64,000 bases of DNA, from the NCBI GenBank assembly GCA_050942735.1, contig JBMNNW010000007.1:13086-77085 (forward strand), given 5' to 3'. Source of the stretch: Armatimonadota bacterium. Lineage in GTDB: Bacteria > Armatimonadota > Zipacnadia > Zipacnadales > UBA5352. Below are positions 10,634 through 19,810 of this stretch, one piece after another. The notes under the pieces are model-generated. The model had not been told where the DNA came from. It was given only the letters and a program-made list of their open reading frames with translations, and searched no databases. Numbering within the stretch: position 1 is the first letter of the stretch; each line of letters starts with the position of its first letter. A program made the position numbers and the translations under genes.

Positions 10634-11879
10634 ACGCGCCGGCCTCCCGCATCCTCGCCCTCCACGCCTCCTGCGCGGCTGGGAAGGGCGCGAGCGCGCG
10701 CTCGGCGACCCCGAGCGTGTGCGCGATGATGACACCGTAGTTCGTGATCGGCACACCCGCCTCCCGGCAGCGCATCAGCCGCGAGAGCATCTCCCGGCGG
10801 TTGTGCATGCACGCGCCGCAGTGTATGACGAGCGAATACTGCGCGAGGTCGTCGGGGTCGGTCGGGAAGTCATGCCCCTGCACGGTGGTGAAATCCAGAT
10901 CTCCGCCGATGTGCGCGGCCAGCCAGCGCGGGATCTTTACCCGGCCAATGTCATCCTCGATCGGGTGATGCGAGCAGGCCTCGGCGACCAGCACCCGGTC
11001 GCCGGGGCGGAGACTCTCGACGGCCGCCGCGCCCTCCGCCTGGGTCACCAGATCGCCGCGAACGCGGGCGAAGAGGATGGAGAAGCTCGTCATCGGCACC
11101 TGCGGGGGCGTGTCGGCGGCGACCTGCAGGAACGCCTGCGAGTCGGTGACGACGAGGTCGGGGTCGCCCTTGAGCCGCGCGAGGGCTTCAGGAAGCTCGC
11201 TCTCCCTGACGACCACGCAGTACGCATGACCGTCGAGCAGATCGCGGATCGTCTGCACCTGCGGGAGGATGAGCCGCCCCTTCGGGGCTTCCTTGTCGAT
11301 CGGCACCACCAGGACCGCCAGCCCGCCCGCGCCGATGAGATCGGCGGCGATCGTGGGCGTCTCGAGCGCCTCCGGCGGCGCGGCGTCGAGCAGGGCCTGG
11401 CGGAAGTCGAGGACCCCCTCGCGCTCGGAGGCCACGGTGCGCACCTGGGGGATGCCGCGCTCGTCGAGTTCGGCGACGACCTCCGCGGGCGGCTCGCGCA
11501 GATCGACCTTGTTGAACACCACGATGATCGGCACGTCGCGCCCGGTGAACTCGTCGAGGATCCCGCGCTCGAACTGCCCCCAGTCGTCGTCGGTCACGAG
11601 CACCGCGAGGTCGGTGCGGTCGAATGCGTTGCGGGTCTTCCGCACCCGCAGCTCGCCGAGGGTGCCCGCGTCATCGATCCCGGCGGTGTCGATGAAGAGC
11701 ACCGGGCCCAGCGGCAGCAGCTCCATCGGCTTCTCCACCGGGTCGGTGGTCGTCCCTGCGTGGTCGGAGACGATGGAGACGCTCTGACGCGTGATGGCGT
11801 TCAGCAGGCTGGATTTGCCGACATTCCGCCTGCCGAACAACCCGATGTGCAGTCGAAGACCCTTCGGTGTTGAGCGCAT
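10623..11879 (-). CDS. hydF: [FeFe]-hydrogenase maturation GTPase HydF
   Basis: GRRNVGKSS, GTTTDPV, DTAG, NKVD, EACSHH, HCGACM. Confidence 0.97.
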   Translation of the reverse strand: MRSTPKGLRLHIGLFGRRNVGKSSLLNAITRQSVSIVSDHAGTTTDPVEKPMELLPLGPVLFIDTAGIDDAGTLGELRVRKTRNAFDRTDLAVLVTDDDWGQFERGILDEFTGRDVPIIVVFNKVDLREPPAEVVAELDERGIPQVRTVASEREGVLDFRQALLDAAPPEALETPTIAADLIGAGGLAVLVVPIDKEAPKGRLILPQVQTIRDLLDGHAYCVVVRESELPEALARLKGDPDLVVTDSQAFLQVAADTPPQVPMTSFSILFARVRGDLVTQAEGAAAVESLRPGDRVLVAEACSHHPIEDDIGRVKIPRWLAAHIGGDLDFTTVQGHDFPTDPDDLAQYSLVIHCGACMHNRREMLSRLMRCREAGVPITNYGVIIAHTLGVAERALAPFPAAQEAWRARMREAGAYAR

Positions 11880-11939
11880 TGCGATCTGCCAACCCTCAGC
11901 GGACGGCGTCTGCGTGGCACGGAAACGGTCGACTCCCCC

Positions 11940-13355
11940 TCAGATGTACAGATCCCGCTCGCCCTGCTCGGTGCGGCGCAGCTTCTCCTCGGTGCGCTGA
12001 CGGATCGCCTCGGACTCGATCTGCCCGATGTGCTCGGCGATGATCCGCTCGCCCTCGGCGATGGTCTCAGGACCCGCGTAGTCGAGCAGGTACTCCTTGA
12101 AGGAGATCAGCGCGTTGGGCAGGCAGAAGGTCTGAATCTCGCCGGGTTTCGCAAGCTCCATGAAGTGCTCGCCGGTGCGCCCGGAGCGGTAGCACGCGGT
12201 GCAGAAACTCGGCAGGTAGCCCTGCTGGCAGAGGTTGAGCATGACCTCATCGAGCCCGCGATGGTCACCGAGCTCGAACTGCCGCGTGTCATCCTCGTCC
12301 GGGTTATGCTCGGTGTACCCGCCCGGCGAGGTCTTCGAGCCCGCGGAGACCTGGGAGAAGCCGATCTCCATCAACTCGCGCCGAAACTCCGGCCGCTCGC
12401 GGGTGGTGAGGATCATCCCGGTGTACGGCACCGCCATGCGGATGATCGCCACGAGCTTCTTGAAGTCATCGTCGCCGACCAGCCACGGGGAGGTCGTCGA
12501 GAACTCCGAGCCCAGCGCCGGCTCCAGCCGCGGGACGGAGATCGTGTGCGGGCCGACGCGGTAGCGATTCATCAGATACTCCGCGTGTGCCAGCAGCGCC
12601 AGCGTGTCCCAGCGCCAGTCGTAAAGGCCGTAGAGCACGCCGAGGCCCATGTCGTCGATCCCCGCGGGGAGGCAGCGATCCCAGACGCTCAGCCGCCGGT
12701 CGTAGTCGGCCTTCGGGCCGACGGGGTGCATCCCCTCGTAGGTCGCGCGGTGATAGGTCTCCTGGAAGACCTGGAAGGTCCCCAGGCCCGCGGGCTGGAG
12801 CCGCTCGAACTCCTCGCGGGAGAGCGGTGCGGCGTTGACGTTCACGCGGCGGATGCGGTCGTCATGCTCGCCGACGCGCACTGAGTAGCACGCCTCGATG
12901 GCGGCGATCATCTGCTCGACGTCGTTGTGCGGGTGGTCGCCGAAGACCAGCAGCAGGCGCTTGTACCCGTGCTCAACGAGCCAGCGGGTCTCACGCCGAA
13001 TCTCGGTGGTGTCCAGGGTGCGTCGGTCGAGGCCGGTGTTGTCCCGGCGGAAGGAGCAGTAAAGGCAGTTCCCCACGCACTCGTTGGAGATGTAGAGCGG
13101 GGCGAACAGCACGATGCGGTTGCCGTAGATTCGCTGCTTGATCGCGCGCGCGGTCTCGAAGATCTCCTCAAGATGCCCCGGGTCGTCGATGAGCATCAGT
13201 TCTGCGGCCTCAGCGAGGCTCAGGCCGCCGAGCGAGCGAGCGCTGTCGAGCAGGTCGCGCAGGCGCGCCTCATCAGGCGCTCGCGCCTCGCCGAGCGTGC
13301 GGGTGATCGCGTCTTCGTCGATGATGTGATCGGTTTTCGTGTCGCGTGTGGTCAT
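11940..13355 (-). CDS. hydG: [FeFe]-hydrogenase maturase HydG (radical SAM)
   Basis: FAPLYISNECVGNCLYC, FQETYH, PHTISVPR, auxiliary cluster CTACYR...FCLPNA. Confidence 0.97.
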   Translation of the reverse strand: MTTRDTKTDHIIDEDAITRTLGEARAPDEARLRDLLDSARSLGGLSLAEAAELMLIDDPGHLEEIFETARAIKQRIYGNRIVLFAPLYISNECVGNCLYCSFRRDNTGLDRRTLDTTEIRRETRWLVEHGYKRLLLVFGDHPHNDVEQMIAAIEACYSVRVGEHDDRIRRVNVNAAPLSREEFERLQPAGLGTFQVFQETYHRATYEGMHPVGPKADYDRRLSVWDRCLPAGIDDMGLGVLYGLYDWRWDTLALLAHAEYLMNRYRVGPHTISVPRLEPALGSEFSTTSPWLVGDDDFKKLVAIIRMAVPYTGMILTTRERPEFRRELMEIGFSQVSAGSKTSPGGYTEHNPDEDDTRQFELGDHRGLDEVMLNLCQQGYLPSFCTACYRSGRTGEHFMELAKPGEIQTFCLPNALISFKEYLLDYAGPETIAEGERIIAEHIGQIESEAIRQRTEEKLRRTEQGERDLYI

Positions 13356-13400
13356 CGTCTCGCGGCGAGCCTCGCCGCGTTCACCTCGGTCGGGCGGGAC

Positions 13401-13418
13401 TTGTGCATCTTTTCACAA
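13401..13418. promoter_or_regulatory. Rex-type operator upstream of hydG
   Basis: TTGTGCATCTTTTCACAA matches 13 of 14 positions of the Rex consensus TTGTGAA-N4-TTCACAA. Confidence 0.75.
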
Positions 13419-13519
13419 GGGGCGACAGAAAGCGAAGCCCGCAGACGACGGCGACCGCGGGCGGCGCAGCCCGGGATATGACGCGTACCTCCCGGGGGCC
13501 GGCCTCTCCGATCGGCAGA

Positions 13520-15427
13520 CTACGACCGGATGATCGCGTCGAACTTGCAGGCCTCGTAGCACGCGCCACAGGCGGTGCACACTTCGCTGGTGATCGTGTG
13601 CTCCTCGCGCGGCTCGCCGACGATGCAGTGGACCGGGCAGACGCGCTTGCACAGGCCGCAGCCCACGCAGCGCTCCGCGTCCACCTCGTAGTGCAGCAGC
13701 GACTTGCACGTATGCGCCGGGCAGGAGTGATCGACGATGTGCGCCTGGTACTCCTCACCGAAGTGCCGCAGCGTGCTCAGCACCGGGTTCGCGGCGGTCT
13801 GCCCCAGCCCGCAGAGCGAGGCGCGGGTTGTCGCGTCGCAGAGCCGCTGGAGTCGCTCGAAGTCACGCTCCTCGCCCTTCCCGAGCGTGATGCGCTCGAG
13901 AATCTCCAGCATCCGCCGCGTCCCCTCCCGGCAGGGCGTGCAGCGGCCGCAACTCTCGTCCTGCGTGAACGTCAGGAAGAACTTCGCGATGTCCACCATG
14001 CAGCTTGTGTCGTCCATCACGATCAAGCCGCCCGAGCCCATGATCGCGCCGGCCTCGCGCAGCGAGTCGTAGTCGATCGGCGTGTCGAGATAGTTCGCCG
14101 ACAAACAGCCGCCCGACGGTCCGCCGGTCTGCGCCGCCTTGAACTTGCGCCCCTCCGGGACGCCGCCGCCAAGGTCGAAGATGATCTCCCGCAGCGTCAC
14201 GCCCATCGGCACCTCGACGAGGCCCGTGTTGTTGACGTTCCCCGCCAGCGCGAAGACCTTCGTGCCCGTCGAGCCCTCGGTGCCGATCCCGGCGAACCAG
14301 TCGGCGCCGTTGAGGATGATCGCGGGGATGCTCGCCAGCGTCTCGACGTTGTTGATGCACGTGGGCCGGCCCCACAGGCCGCTCACCGACGGGTAGGGCG
14401 GCCGCGGGCGGGGCATTCCCCGCTTCCCCTCGATCGAGGCGATCAGCGCGGTCTCCTCCCCACAGACGAAAGCGCCCGCGCCCAGCCGAAGGTCGATGTC
14501 GAAGGCGAACTCCGTGCCGAGAACGCTCTCGCCGAGAATCCCCCGCTCGCGCGCCTGCTCGATGGCCCTCTCCAGCCGCCTGATCGCCAGCGGATACTCC
14601 GCGCGGACGTAGACGTATCCCTGCTCCGCGCCGATCGCGAAGCCCGCGATAATCATCGCCTCAAGCACCGAGTGCGGGTCGCCCTCGAGAGTCGAGCGGT
14701 CCATGAACGCGCCGGGGTCACCCTCGTCGGCATTGCAGATCACGTACTTCGTCGCGGCCTCCTCGGCCCGGGTGAACTTCCACTTGAGCCCGGTGGGGAA
14801 GCCCGCGCCACCACGGCCGCGCAGCTTCGAGTCAGTCACCGACGCGATGACGCCCTCGGGCGTCATGCCGTCGAGGACCTTCGCCAGCGCGGCGTAGCCG
14901 CCGATGGCGAGGTAGTCGTCGATCTCCTCCGGGTCGATCCGCCCGACGTTCCGCAGAGCGATGCGAAGCTGGCGCTGGAAGAAGTCCACATGCTGCCAGT
15001 CGCGCGTGAAGACGTTGACCTGACCGGGCCGGACCTCCTCAACAGGGCGCGCGGGCTCGCCGAGACGCTCACCCTCGTCGAGCAGCCACGCCGCGATCGG
15101 CTTGCCGCCCGCGATATCCTGACGCACGATCTGCTCGGCGCGCCTCTCGTCCACCTTCGTGTACATGCGCGGCGGTTCGTCGGGCATCCGCACCTCGACG
15201 AGCGGCTCGAGGCTGCAGCGCCCGACGCAGCCGACCTGGACGAGATCGACCTCGTCGGTCAGTCCTCCGGCCGCGAGCGCCGCGGCCAGCGTCTCGCGCG
15301 TCTTCCGCGCGCCCGCGGCGTTCGCGCAGGTCGCCACGCCGACCAGCAACTGCGGCCGCTCGGGCTGCAACGCAAGATGCGGCTGTGCGGTCTCTCTGAG
15401 TTGTTGGAGCGTCTCGGTGGCAGTCAT
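13520..15427 (-). CDS. hydB: [FeFe]-hydrogenase beta subunit (NuoF-like; FMN/NADH-binding, 2Fe-2S plus 4Fe-4S clusters)
   Basis: LRGRGGAGFPTG, NADEGDPGAFMDR, GAFVCGEET, GGPSGG, ESCGRCTPCREG; C-terminal 2x[4Fe-4S]. Confidence 0.95.
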   Translation of the reverse strand: MTATETLQQLRETAQPHLALQPERPQLLVGVATCANAAGARKTRETLAAALAAGGLTDEVDLVQVGCVGRCSLEPLVEVRMPDEPPRMYTKVDERRAEQIVRQDIAGGKPIAAWLLDEGERLGEPARPVEEVRPGQVNVFTRDWQHVDFFQRQLRIALRNVGRIDPEEIDDYLAIGGYAALAKVLDGMTPEGVIASVTDSKLRGRGGAGFPTGLKWKFTRAEEAATKYVICNADEGDPGAFMDRSTLEGDPHSVLEAMIIAGFAIGAEQGYVYVRAEYPLAIRRLERAIEQARERGILGESVLGTEFAFDIDLRLGAGAFVCGEETALIASIEGKRGMPRPRPPYPSVSGLWGRPTCINNVETLASIPAIILNGADWFAGIGTEGSTGTKVFALAGNVNNTGLVEVPMGVTLREIIFDLGGGVPEGRKFKAAQTGGPSGGCLSANYLDTPIDYDSLREAGAIMGSGGLIVMDDTSCMVDIAKFFLTFTQDESCGRCTPCREGTRRMLEILERITLGKGEERDFERLQRLCDATTRASLCGLGQTAANPVLSTLRHFGEEYQAHIVDHSCPAHTCKSLLHYEVDAERCVGCGLCKRVCPVHCIVGEPREEHTITSEVCTACGACYEACKFDAIIRS

Positions 15428-15429
15428 TA

Positions 15430-15840
15430 TCAGACCCTGACGTACTCCCCGTTCCCGACAATCTCACAGACGCGCTCGGCAAGGGCCTCGAAGTCCACCG
15501 GCGCGTTCATGAACTCCTCGACCTTCAGCCAGTGCGGCGCTCGGCCGTCGCGATCGATGCGAAAGCCCGTCTCCGTCGTGACGCTGGAGACCATGATGAC
15601 CGGGATGCGGCTGGTCTCTTCCTCGAACTGAAGCTCACTGAGGATCGAGCAGCCCTCGGAGAGGTCGTCCATCACCAGCCCGAGGATGATCAGATCCGGA
15701 TGCTCGCGCTTCGCCGTCACTGCCGCGCGCGGCTTGCCGTTGGCCACCAGCACCTCGAACCCCCTCGCCTCGAGCGTCTCCCTCGCCGACGCGATGAACT
15801 GCGGATCGTCCTTGACGATGAGCACTTTCTTGCCGTCCAT
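15430..15840 (-). CDS. Stand-alone pseudo-receiver (CheY-like) domain protein
   Basis: Receiver pattern KVLIVKDD...PDLIILGLVM...IPVIMVS...NAPVD, but Gly at the phospho-Asp position and Ala at the conserved Lys. Confidence 0.85.
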   Translation of the reverse strand: MDGKKVLIVKDDPQFIASARETLEARGFEVLVANGKPRAAVTAKREHPDLIILGLVMDDLSEGCSILSELQFEEETSRIPVIMVSSVTTETGFRIDRDGRAPHWLKVEEFMNAPVDFEALAERVCEIVGNGEYVRV

Positions 15841-15870
15841 CAGTCTCGTTCCTCCGGTCGGATGATGGTG

Positions 15871-16446
15871 CTACCTCTCGTGCTGGGCGCGCGCGTCAAT
15901 CTCAGCCAGTTCCTCCCGAGCCTGCATCTCGCGGCGGGCCTCGGCGATGTACCCGGCCAGTATGTCCTGCACATCCTGCGGCTGGACGTTCGCATGCACG
16001 TCATCGTCGATCATCATCACGGGCGCCTGGCCACATGCGCCGAGGCACCGCGCGGAGTCGCTGACAGTGAAGATCAGATCGTCGGTGGTCTCGCCCGGCC
16101 CCACCTCAAGCTGCCGGCAGACCTCGTCGAGCACCGCCTGCGCTCCCCGGACGAAGCAGGCCGTCCCGAGGCAGACGCTGATGGTGTACGCGCCCCTTGG
16201 CTCAAGCGAGAAGTACGAATAGAAGCTGGCGACGCCGCAGACGTAGGAGGTCGGAACGCCCATCGACTGCGCGACGTGGTTGACGGCCTTCGGCGGAATA
16301 TACCCGAAGCAATCCTGCACGTAGTGCAGCACCGGAATCAGCGCCGTCTGCACGGCCTCGGGGTTCTCCCCCCGCTGCCGCTCGATCATCTCGTCGAGCC
16401 CCTGCCACCAGTGCGGCGTGTCGAGCACCTCGCGCTGATACAACAT
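15871..16446 (-). CDS. hydC: [FeFe]-hydrogenase gamma subunit (NuoE-like, 2Fe-2S)
   Basis: LIPVLHYVQ..FGY, CLGTAC, CLGACGQAP; TTG start overlaps the hydA stop. Confidence 0.93.
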   Translation of the reverse strand: MLYQREVLDTPHWWQGLDEMIERQRGENPEAVQTALIPVLHYVQDCFGYIPPKAVNHVAQSMGVPTSYVCGVASFYSYFSLEPRGAYTISVCLGTACFVRGAQAVLDEVCRQLEVGPGETTDDLIFTVSDSARCLGACGQAPVMMIDDDVHANVQPQDVQDILAGYIAEARREMQAREELAEIDARAQHER

Positions 16447-18221
16447 TACACCTGAGCCTCCTGCGGCCGGATCCCGGGCGGCACCCGCGGGTAGTAATAC
16501 GTGTGCAGCAGTTCATGCGCACGGTGGCTGTTGGGCGCCTCAAGATACTCCTCGTAGATCCTCCTGATGTCCGGATTGTGGTGCGAGCAGCGCAACTGCC
16601 GGTCGCTGTCGAGGTCGTAGAGCGCCTGCGCGCGGAGCTTGAGTTTCTCCTCGTCGAGAGGCATCTCACGCTCCTTTGCGTAGGGCTGGCCGCCGCCGCC
16701 GATGCAGCCGCCGGGGCAGGCCATCACCTCGATGAAGTCCACCGCGTCCTCGCCGCGCTCGACGCGGTCGAGGATCCGGTTCGCCGCGCCCAGCCCGTGG
16801 GCCAGCGCAATCCGCACCGTCGCCTCGCCGAACGGGACCTCCGCGAAACGCAGCCCGTCGAGACCACGCACTTGCTTGAACTCGATCGCGTCGGCGGGCA
16901 GGTCCTCGTCGAAGACCATCCAGTACGCGGTGCGCAGCGCGGCCTCGGTGACGCCTCCGGTGGTGCCGAAGATCGCCGCTGCACCCGTTGACTCGCCGAG
17001 CGGGGAGTCGGGCTGCTCCTCGGGCAGCGACGTGAAGTCGATGCCCATGTGCTTCATGACCCACGCGAACTCGCGCGTGGTGAGCACGCAGTCCACCGCC
17101 GCCATGCCCTCGCTGCCAAGCTCCTCACGCGTGGCCTCGAACTTCTTGGCCGTGCAGGGCATGATCGCGACCGAGTAGATGCGCGAGGGGTCAACGTCCA
17201 TCTTCTCCGCCCAGTAGCTCTTGATGACCGCGCCCTGCATCGACATCGGCGACTTCGCCGTGGACAGGTGCGGGAGCAGGTCCGGATGGAAGTGCTCGGC
17301 GTACTTGATCCAGCCGGGGCAGCAGGAGGTGACGATCGGCAGTATGCCATCGTTTGTGAAACGCTCCACAAACTCCGCCGCCTCCTCCATGATCGTCAGG
17401 TCGGCCGCGAACTGCGTGTCGAAGACCACGTCCACGCCGAGGCGGCGCTGGGCGGCGAACATCTTCCCCTCCCACGCCACGCCCGGCTCGAATCCGAACT
17501 CCTCGCCGACCGCCGCGCGCACTGCCGGGGCGGTCTGCATGACCACGATCTTCTCCGGGTCCTCCAGCGCATCGAGGAACTCGCGGGTGGAGTCCTTCTC
17601 CACGAACGCCGCGGTCGGGCAGACCATCGCGCACTGACCGCAGCCTATGCAGACGGTCTCGGAGAAGGGTGCGTCGTGCGCGGGCATGACCACCGTCGCG
17701 AAGCCCCGGTGGACCTGGCTGAGGCACGCGGCCTCCTGCACCTCGCCGCAGATTCGCACGCAGCGGCCGCACAGCACGCATTTCTCGGGGTCGCGGATCA
17801 GCGCGGGGCTGGAGAGATCCTTCTCATAGCGCTTGCGCTCGCCCGCAAAGAGTCGCTCGCGAATGCCCATGTCGCGGGCCAGCCGCTGCAGTTCGCAGTT
17901 GCCGTCGCGCTCGCAGGTGTTGCAGTCCTCGGGGTGGTTGTCTATCAGAAGCTCCACGATGTCGCGGCGGAGGCGCAGGATCTCGGGGGTGTTGGTGCGC
18001 ACCACCATCCCGTCCTCGGCGGGGAAGCAGCACGACGCCGCGAGCTTGTTGCTGCCCTCGACCTCCACCACACACACCCGGCAGGCGCCCTGAAGCGAGA
18101 GCTTCGGGTGGTAGCACAGTCGCGGGATGTGAATGCTCGCTGCATCCGCGGCCTCCATGATCGTGGAGCCCTCGGGGACCGTCACGTCAAAGCCGTTGAT
18201 CGTCAGCGTGATATCTGCCAT
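16446..18221 (-). CDS. hydA: [FeFe]-hydrogenase catalytic subunit, group A (M3-type)
   Basis: H-cluster motifs TSCCPGW, MPCTAKKFE and EVMACPGGCIGGGGQP; N-terminal 2Fe-2S, HxxxCxxCxxxxxC and 2x[4Fe-4S]. Confidence 0.97.
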   Translation of the reverse strand: MADITLTINGFDVTVPEGSTIMEAADAASIHIPRLCYHPKLSLQGACRVCVVEVEGSNKLAASCCFPAEDGMVVRTNTPEILRLRRDIVELLIDNHPEDCNTCERDGNCELQRLARDMGIRERLFAGERKRYEKDLSSPALIRDPEKCVLCGRCVRICGEVQEAACLSQVHRGFATVVMPAHDAPFSETVCIGCGQCAMVCPTAAFVEKDSTREFLDALEDPEKIVVMQTAPAVRAAVGEEFGFEPGVAWEGKMFAAQRRLGVDVVFDTQFAADLTIMEEAAEFVERFTNDGILPIVTSCCPGWIKYAEHFHPDLLPHLSTAKSPMSMQGAVIKSYWAEKMDVDPSRIYSVAIMPCTAKKFEATREELGSEGMAAVDCVLTTREFAWVMKHMGIDFTSLPEEQPDSPLGESTGAAAIFGTTGGVTEAALRTAYWMVFDEDLPADAIEFKQVRGLDGLRFAEVPFGEATVRIALAHGLGAANRILDRVERGEDAVDFIEVMACPGGCIGGGGQPYAKEREMPLDEEKLKLRAQALYDLDSDRQLRCSHHNPDIRRIYEEYLEAPNSHRAHELLHTYYYPRVPPGIRPQEAQV

Positions 18222-18243
18222 GATCGCCCTCGCCCGGCGGGGC

Positions 18244-18297
18244 TTGTGACATATTTCACATGAGGTGTCATTATAACGAGCCGCGCGAGAAATGCAA
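18244..18297 (-). promoter_or_regulatory. Sigma70-type promoter of hydA with a Rex-type operator at the start site
   Basis: TTGCAT (18297-18292), 16-nt spacer, TATAAT (18275-18270); TTGTGACATATTTCACAT at 18244-18261 matches 12 of 14 Rex positions. Confidence 0.75.
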
Positions 18298-18699
18298 GGC
18301 CTCGCGCGTATTTTGCGCAAATTCCCTCGTACGACGCAGAAGGGCCGCGTGGAGGGGGTATTCCCAACGTTCGGTTTGTGCGCTGAGGTGCAAAGTTCGC
18401 GGCTCGATTCGCCACGTCATTCGACAACGCTCGTGGCACTTCGTGTCGCTCTTCACAATATTAGACGCAGACGGGCATCGGTTCGTTCACGGCTCAAGGG
18501 GTTTCCCATGGCAATCTCAGCGCCGGGTGCGTGGTAGCTCAAGCACGGGAGCATCGCGTGCGCCGCGTCAGTCCTCTCCGTCGGCCGGCCCGGGCAGTGA
18601 GCGAGAGCGGTGTAATGGCGCTCCGCCGGCCTGCGACAGGCGCGAGGGGTGTTCGGCCGTCACCTGCGCGGGCCGGCAGTGCAACGGTGATCGGCGGCC

Positions 18700-18993
18700 T
18701 CAGGTTCGTCTGCGACCGCACCCGCACGGCAGTTGCTCGCACTTGGGGCAGCCGGCCGCGAAGCGCTCCGCCGCCTCGGACATGTCAACACCCGCCAGAG
18801 AGGCGGTGGTGGTCAGCCACGCGAGCACATCCGCGAACTCCTCGACCTTCCGCTCGTGGCTCTCATTGCGCAGCGCCCGCGCCAGCTCCCCCACCTCCTC
18901 GACCAGCCACATGAACGTGCTCTCGAGCCCCCGCCGGGCGTCGCGCTCGCCGTAGGTCTCATCGATGGTCTGCTGGAACTGCTCGATGGTCAT
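18700..18993 (-). CDS. MazG-like nucleotide pyrophosphohydrolase
   Basis: WLVEEVGELARA...EEFADVLAW; C-terminal CPKC..PC.C. Confidence 0.9.
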   Translation of the reverse strand: MTIEQFQQTIDETYGERDARRGLESTFMWLVEEVGELARALRNESHERKVEEFADVLAWLTTTASLAGVDMSEAAERFAAGCPKCEQLPCGCGRRRT

Positions 18994-19129
18994 GGTGCCT
19001 CCAGATCGCACAGGCTGTTGCGGCAGATCGGCTTTCGGCGTACAATGGCCCCCGGCCTCCTCGCGAGCGCGCGCGGAGAGGATTCGGGCGACGGGGGAGC
19101 GAACGTGGACTCGACGGGGGACGGCATCC

Positions 19130-19774
19130 TTGCAGGAGACGAAGCGACATTCGATTGACCGAGGCCGCGGCTTCACACTGGTGGAGCTGCTGATCGTGAT
19201 CGCGATCGTCGCCATCTTCGCGGCGATCCTGCTGGCGGTCTTCCCGCAGGGGCGGGAGATGGCGCGCCAGGCGGCCTGCGTCTCGGGCGTGAAGCAGATC
19301 GTGGCGGCGGCGAACATGTACGCGCACGATCATGACCGCCGGTTCATCCCGGCGATGACGCGCGGCGGGTCGCACGGGGCGCGAGGGTATACGTGGTGCG
19401 TGATCATCCAACCGTACCTTGAGAACGAGGAGATACTCATCTGCACCAATGACCCGGACCCGCGGGCGACTGAGGACTTCGTCTGCCTGCCGCACAGCTA
19501 CGGGCTGAACTACCGCTACACGCAAAACACGGCCTTCGGCTGGAGCCCCGGGGCGCTGACGTCGAAGCTGACGAACGTCGATCAGCACAGCAAGAGGATC
19601 CTGCTCTTCGAGATGGGCAGTTTGCCGCGTGATCCGGGGGCAAGCTACGCGGCGCACCGGCTTTCACGTGTGGCTGCGCGGCATCGCGATCGTGCGGTCT
19701 TCGGCTTCATCGACGGCCACGCGGAGGCGCTCCTGCCCGAAGAGACCGTGCGGCCGGAGAACATGTGGGAGTGA
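19130..19774 (+). CDS. Prepilin-type N-terminal cleavage/methylation protein (DUF1559 / H-X9-DG type)
   Basis: G|FTLVELLIVIAI, AACVSGVKQI, RHRDRAVFGFIDGHA; TTG start after GGGGGA. Confidence 0.88.
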   Translation: MQETKRHSIDRGRGFTLVELLIVIAIVAIFAAILLAVFPQGREMARQAACVSGVKQIVAAANMYAHDHDRRFIPAMTRGGSHGARGYTWCVIIQPYLENEEILICTNDPDPRATEDFVCLPHSYGLNYRYTQNTAFGWSPGALTSKLTNVDQHSKRILLFEMGSLPRDPGASYAAHRLSRVAARHRDRAVFGFIDGHAEALLPEETVRPENMWE

Positions 19775-19810
19775 GTCGTAGCGACGACAGCGACGGCGGA
19801 GGACGAGCCA

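Noticed and set aside
13346-15631. 761-aa plus-strand ORF
   Set aside because: Antisense shadow of hydB in GC-rich DNA; Arg/Ala-rich with no motifs.
13520-16446. Complex I nuoEF
   Set aside because: Adjacent to an H-cluster subunit and maturases; no other nuo genes in the window.
18441-18458. Third Rex-like site
   Set aside because: Only one good half-site (TTCACAA).
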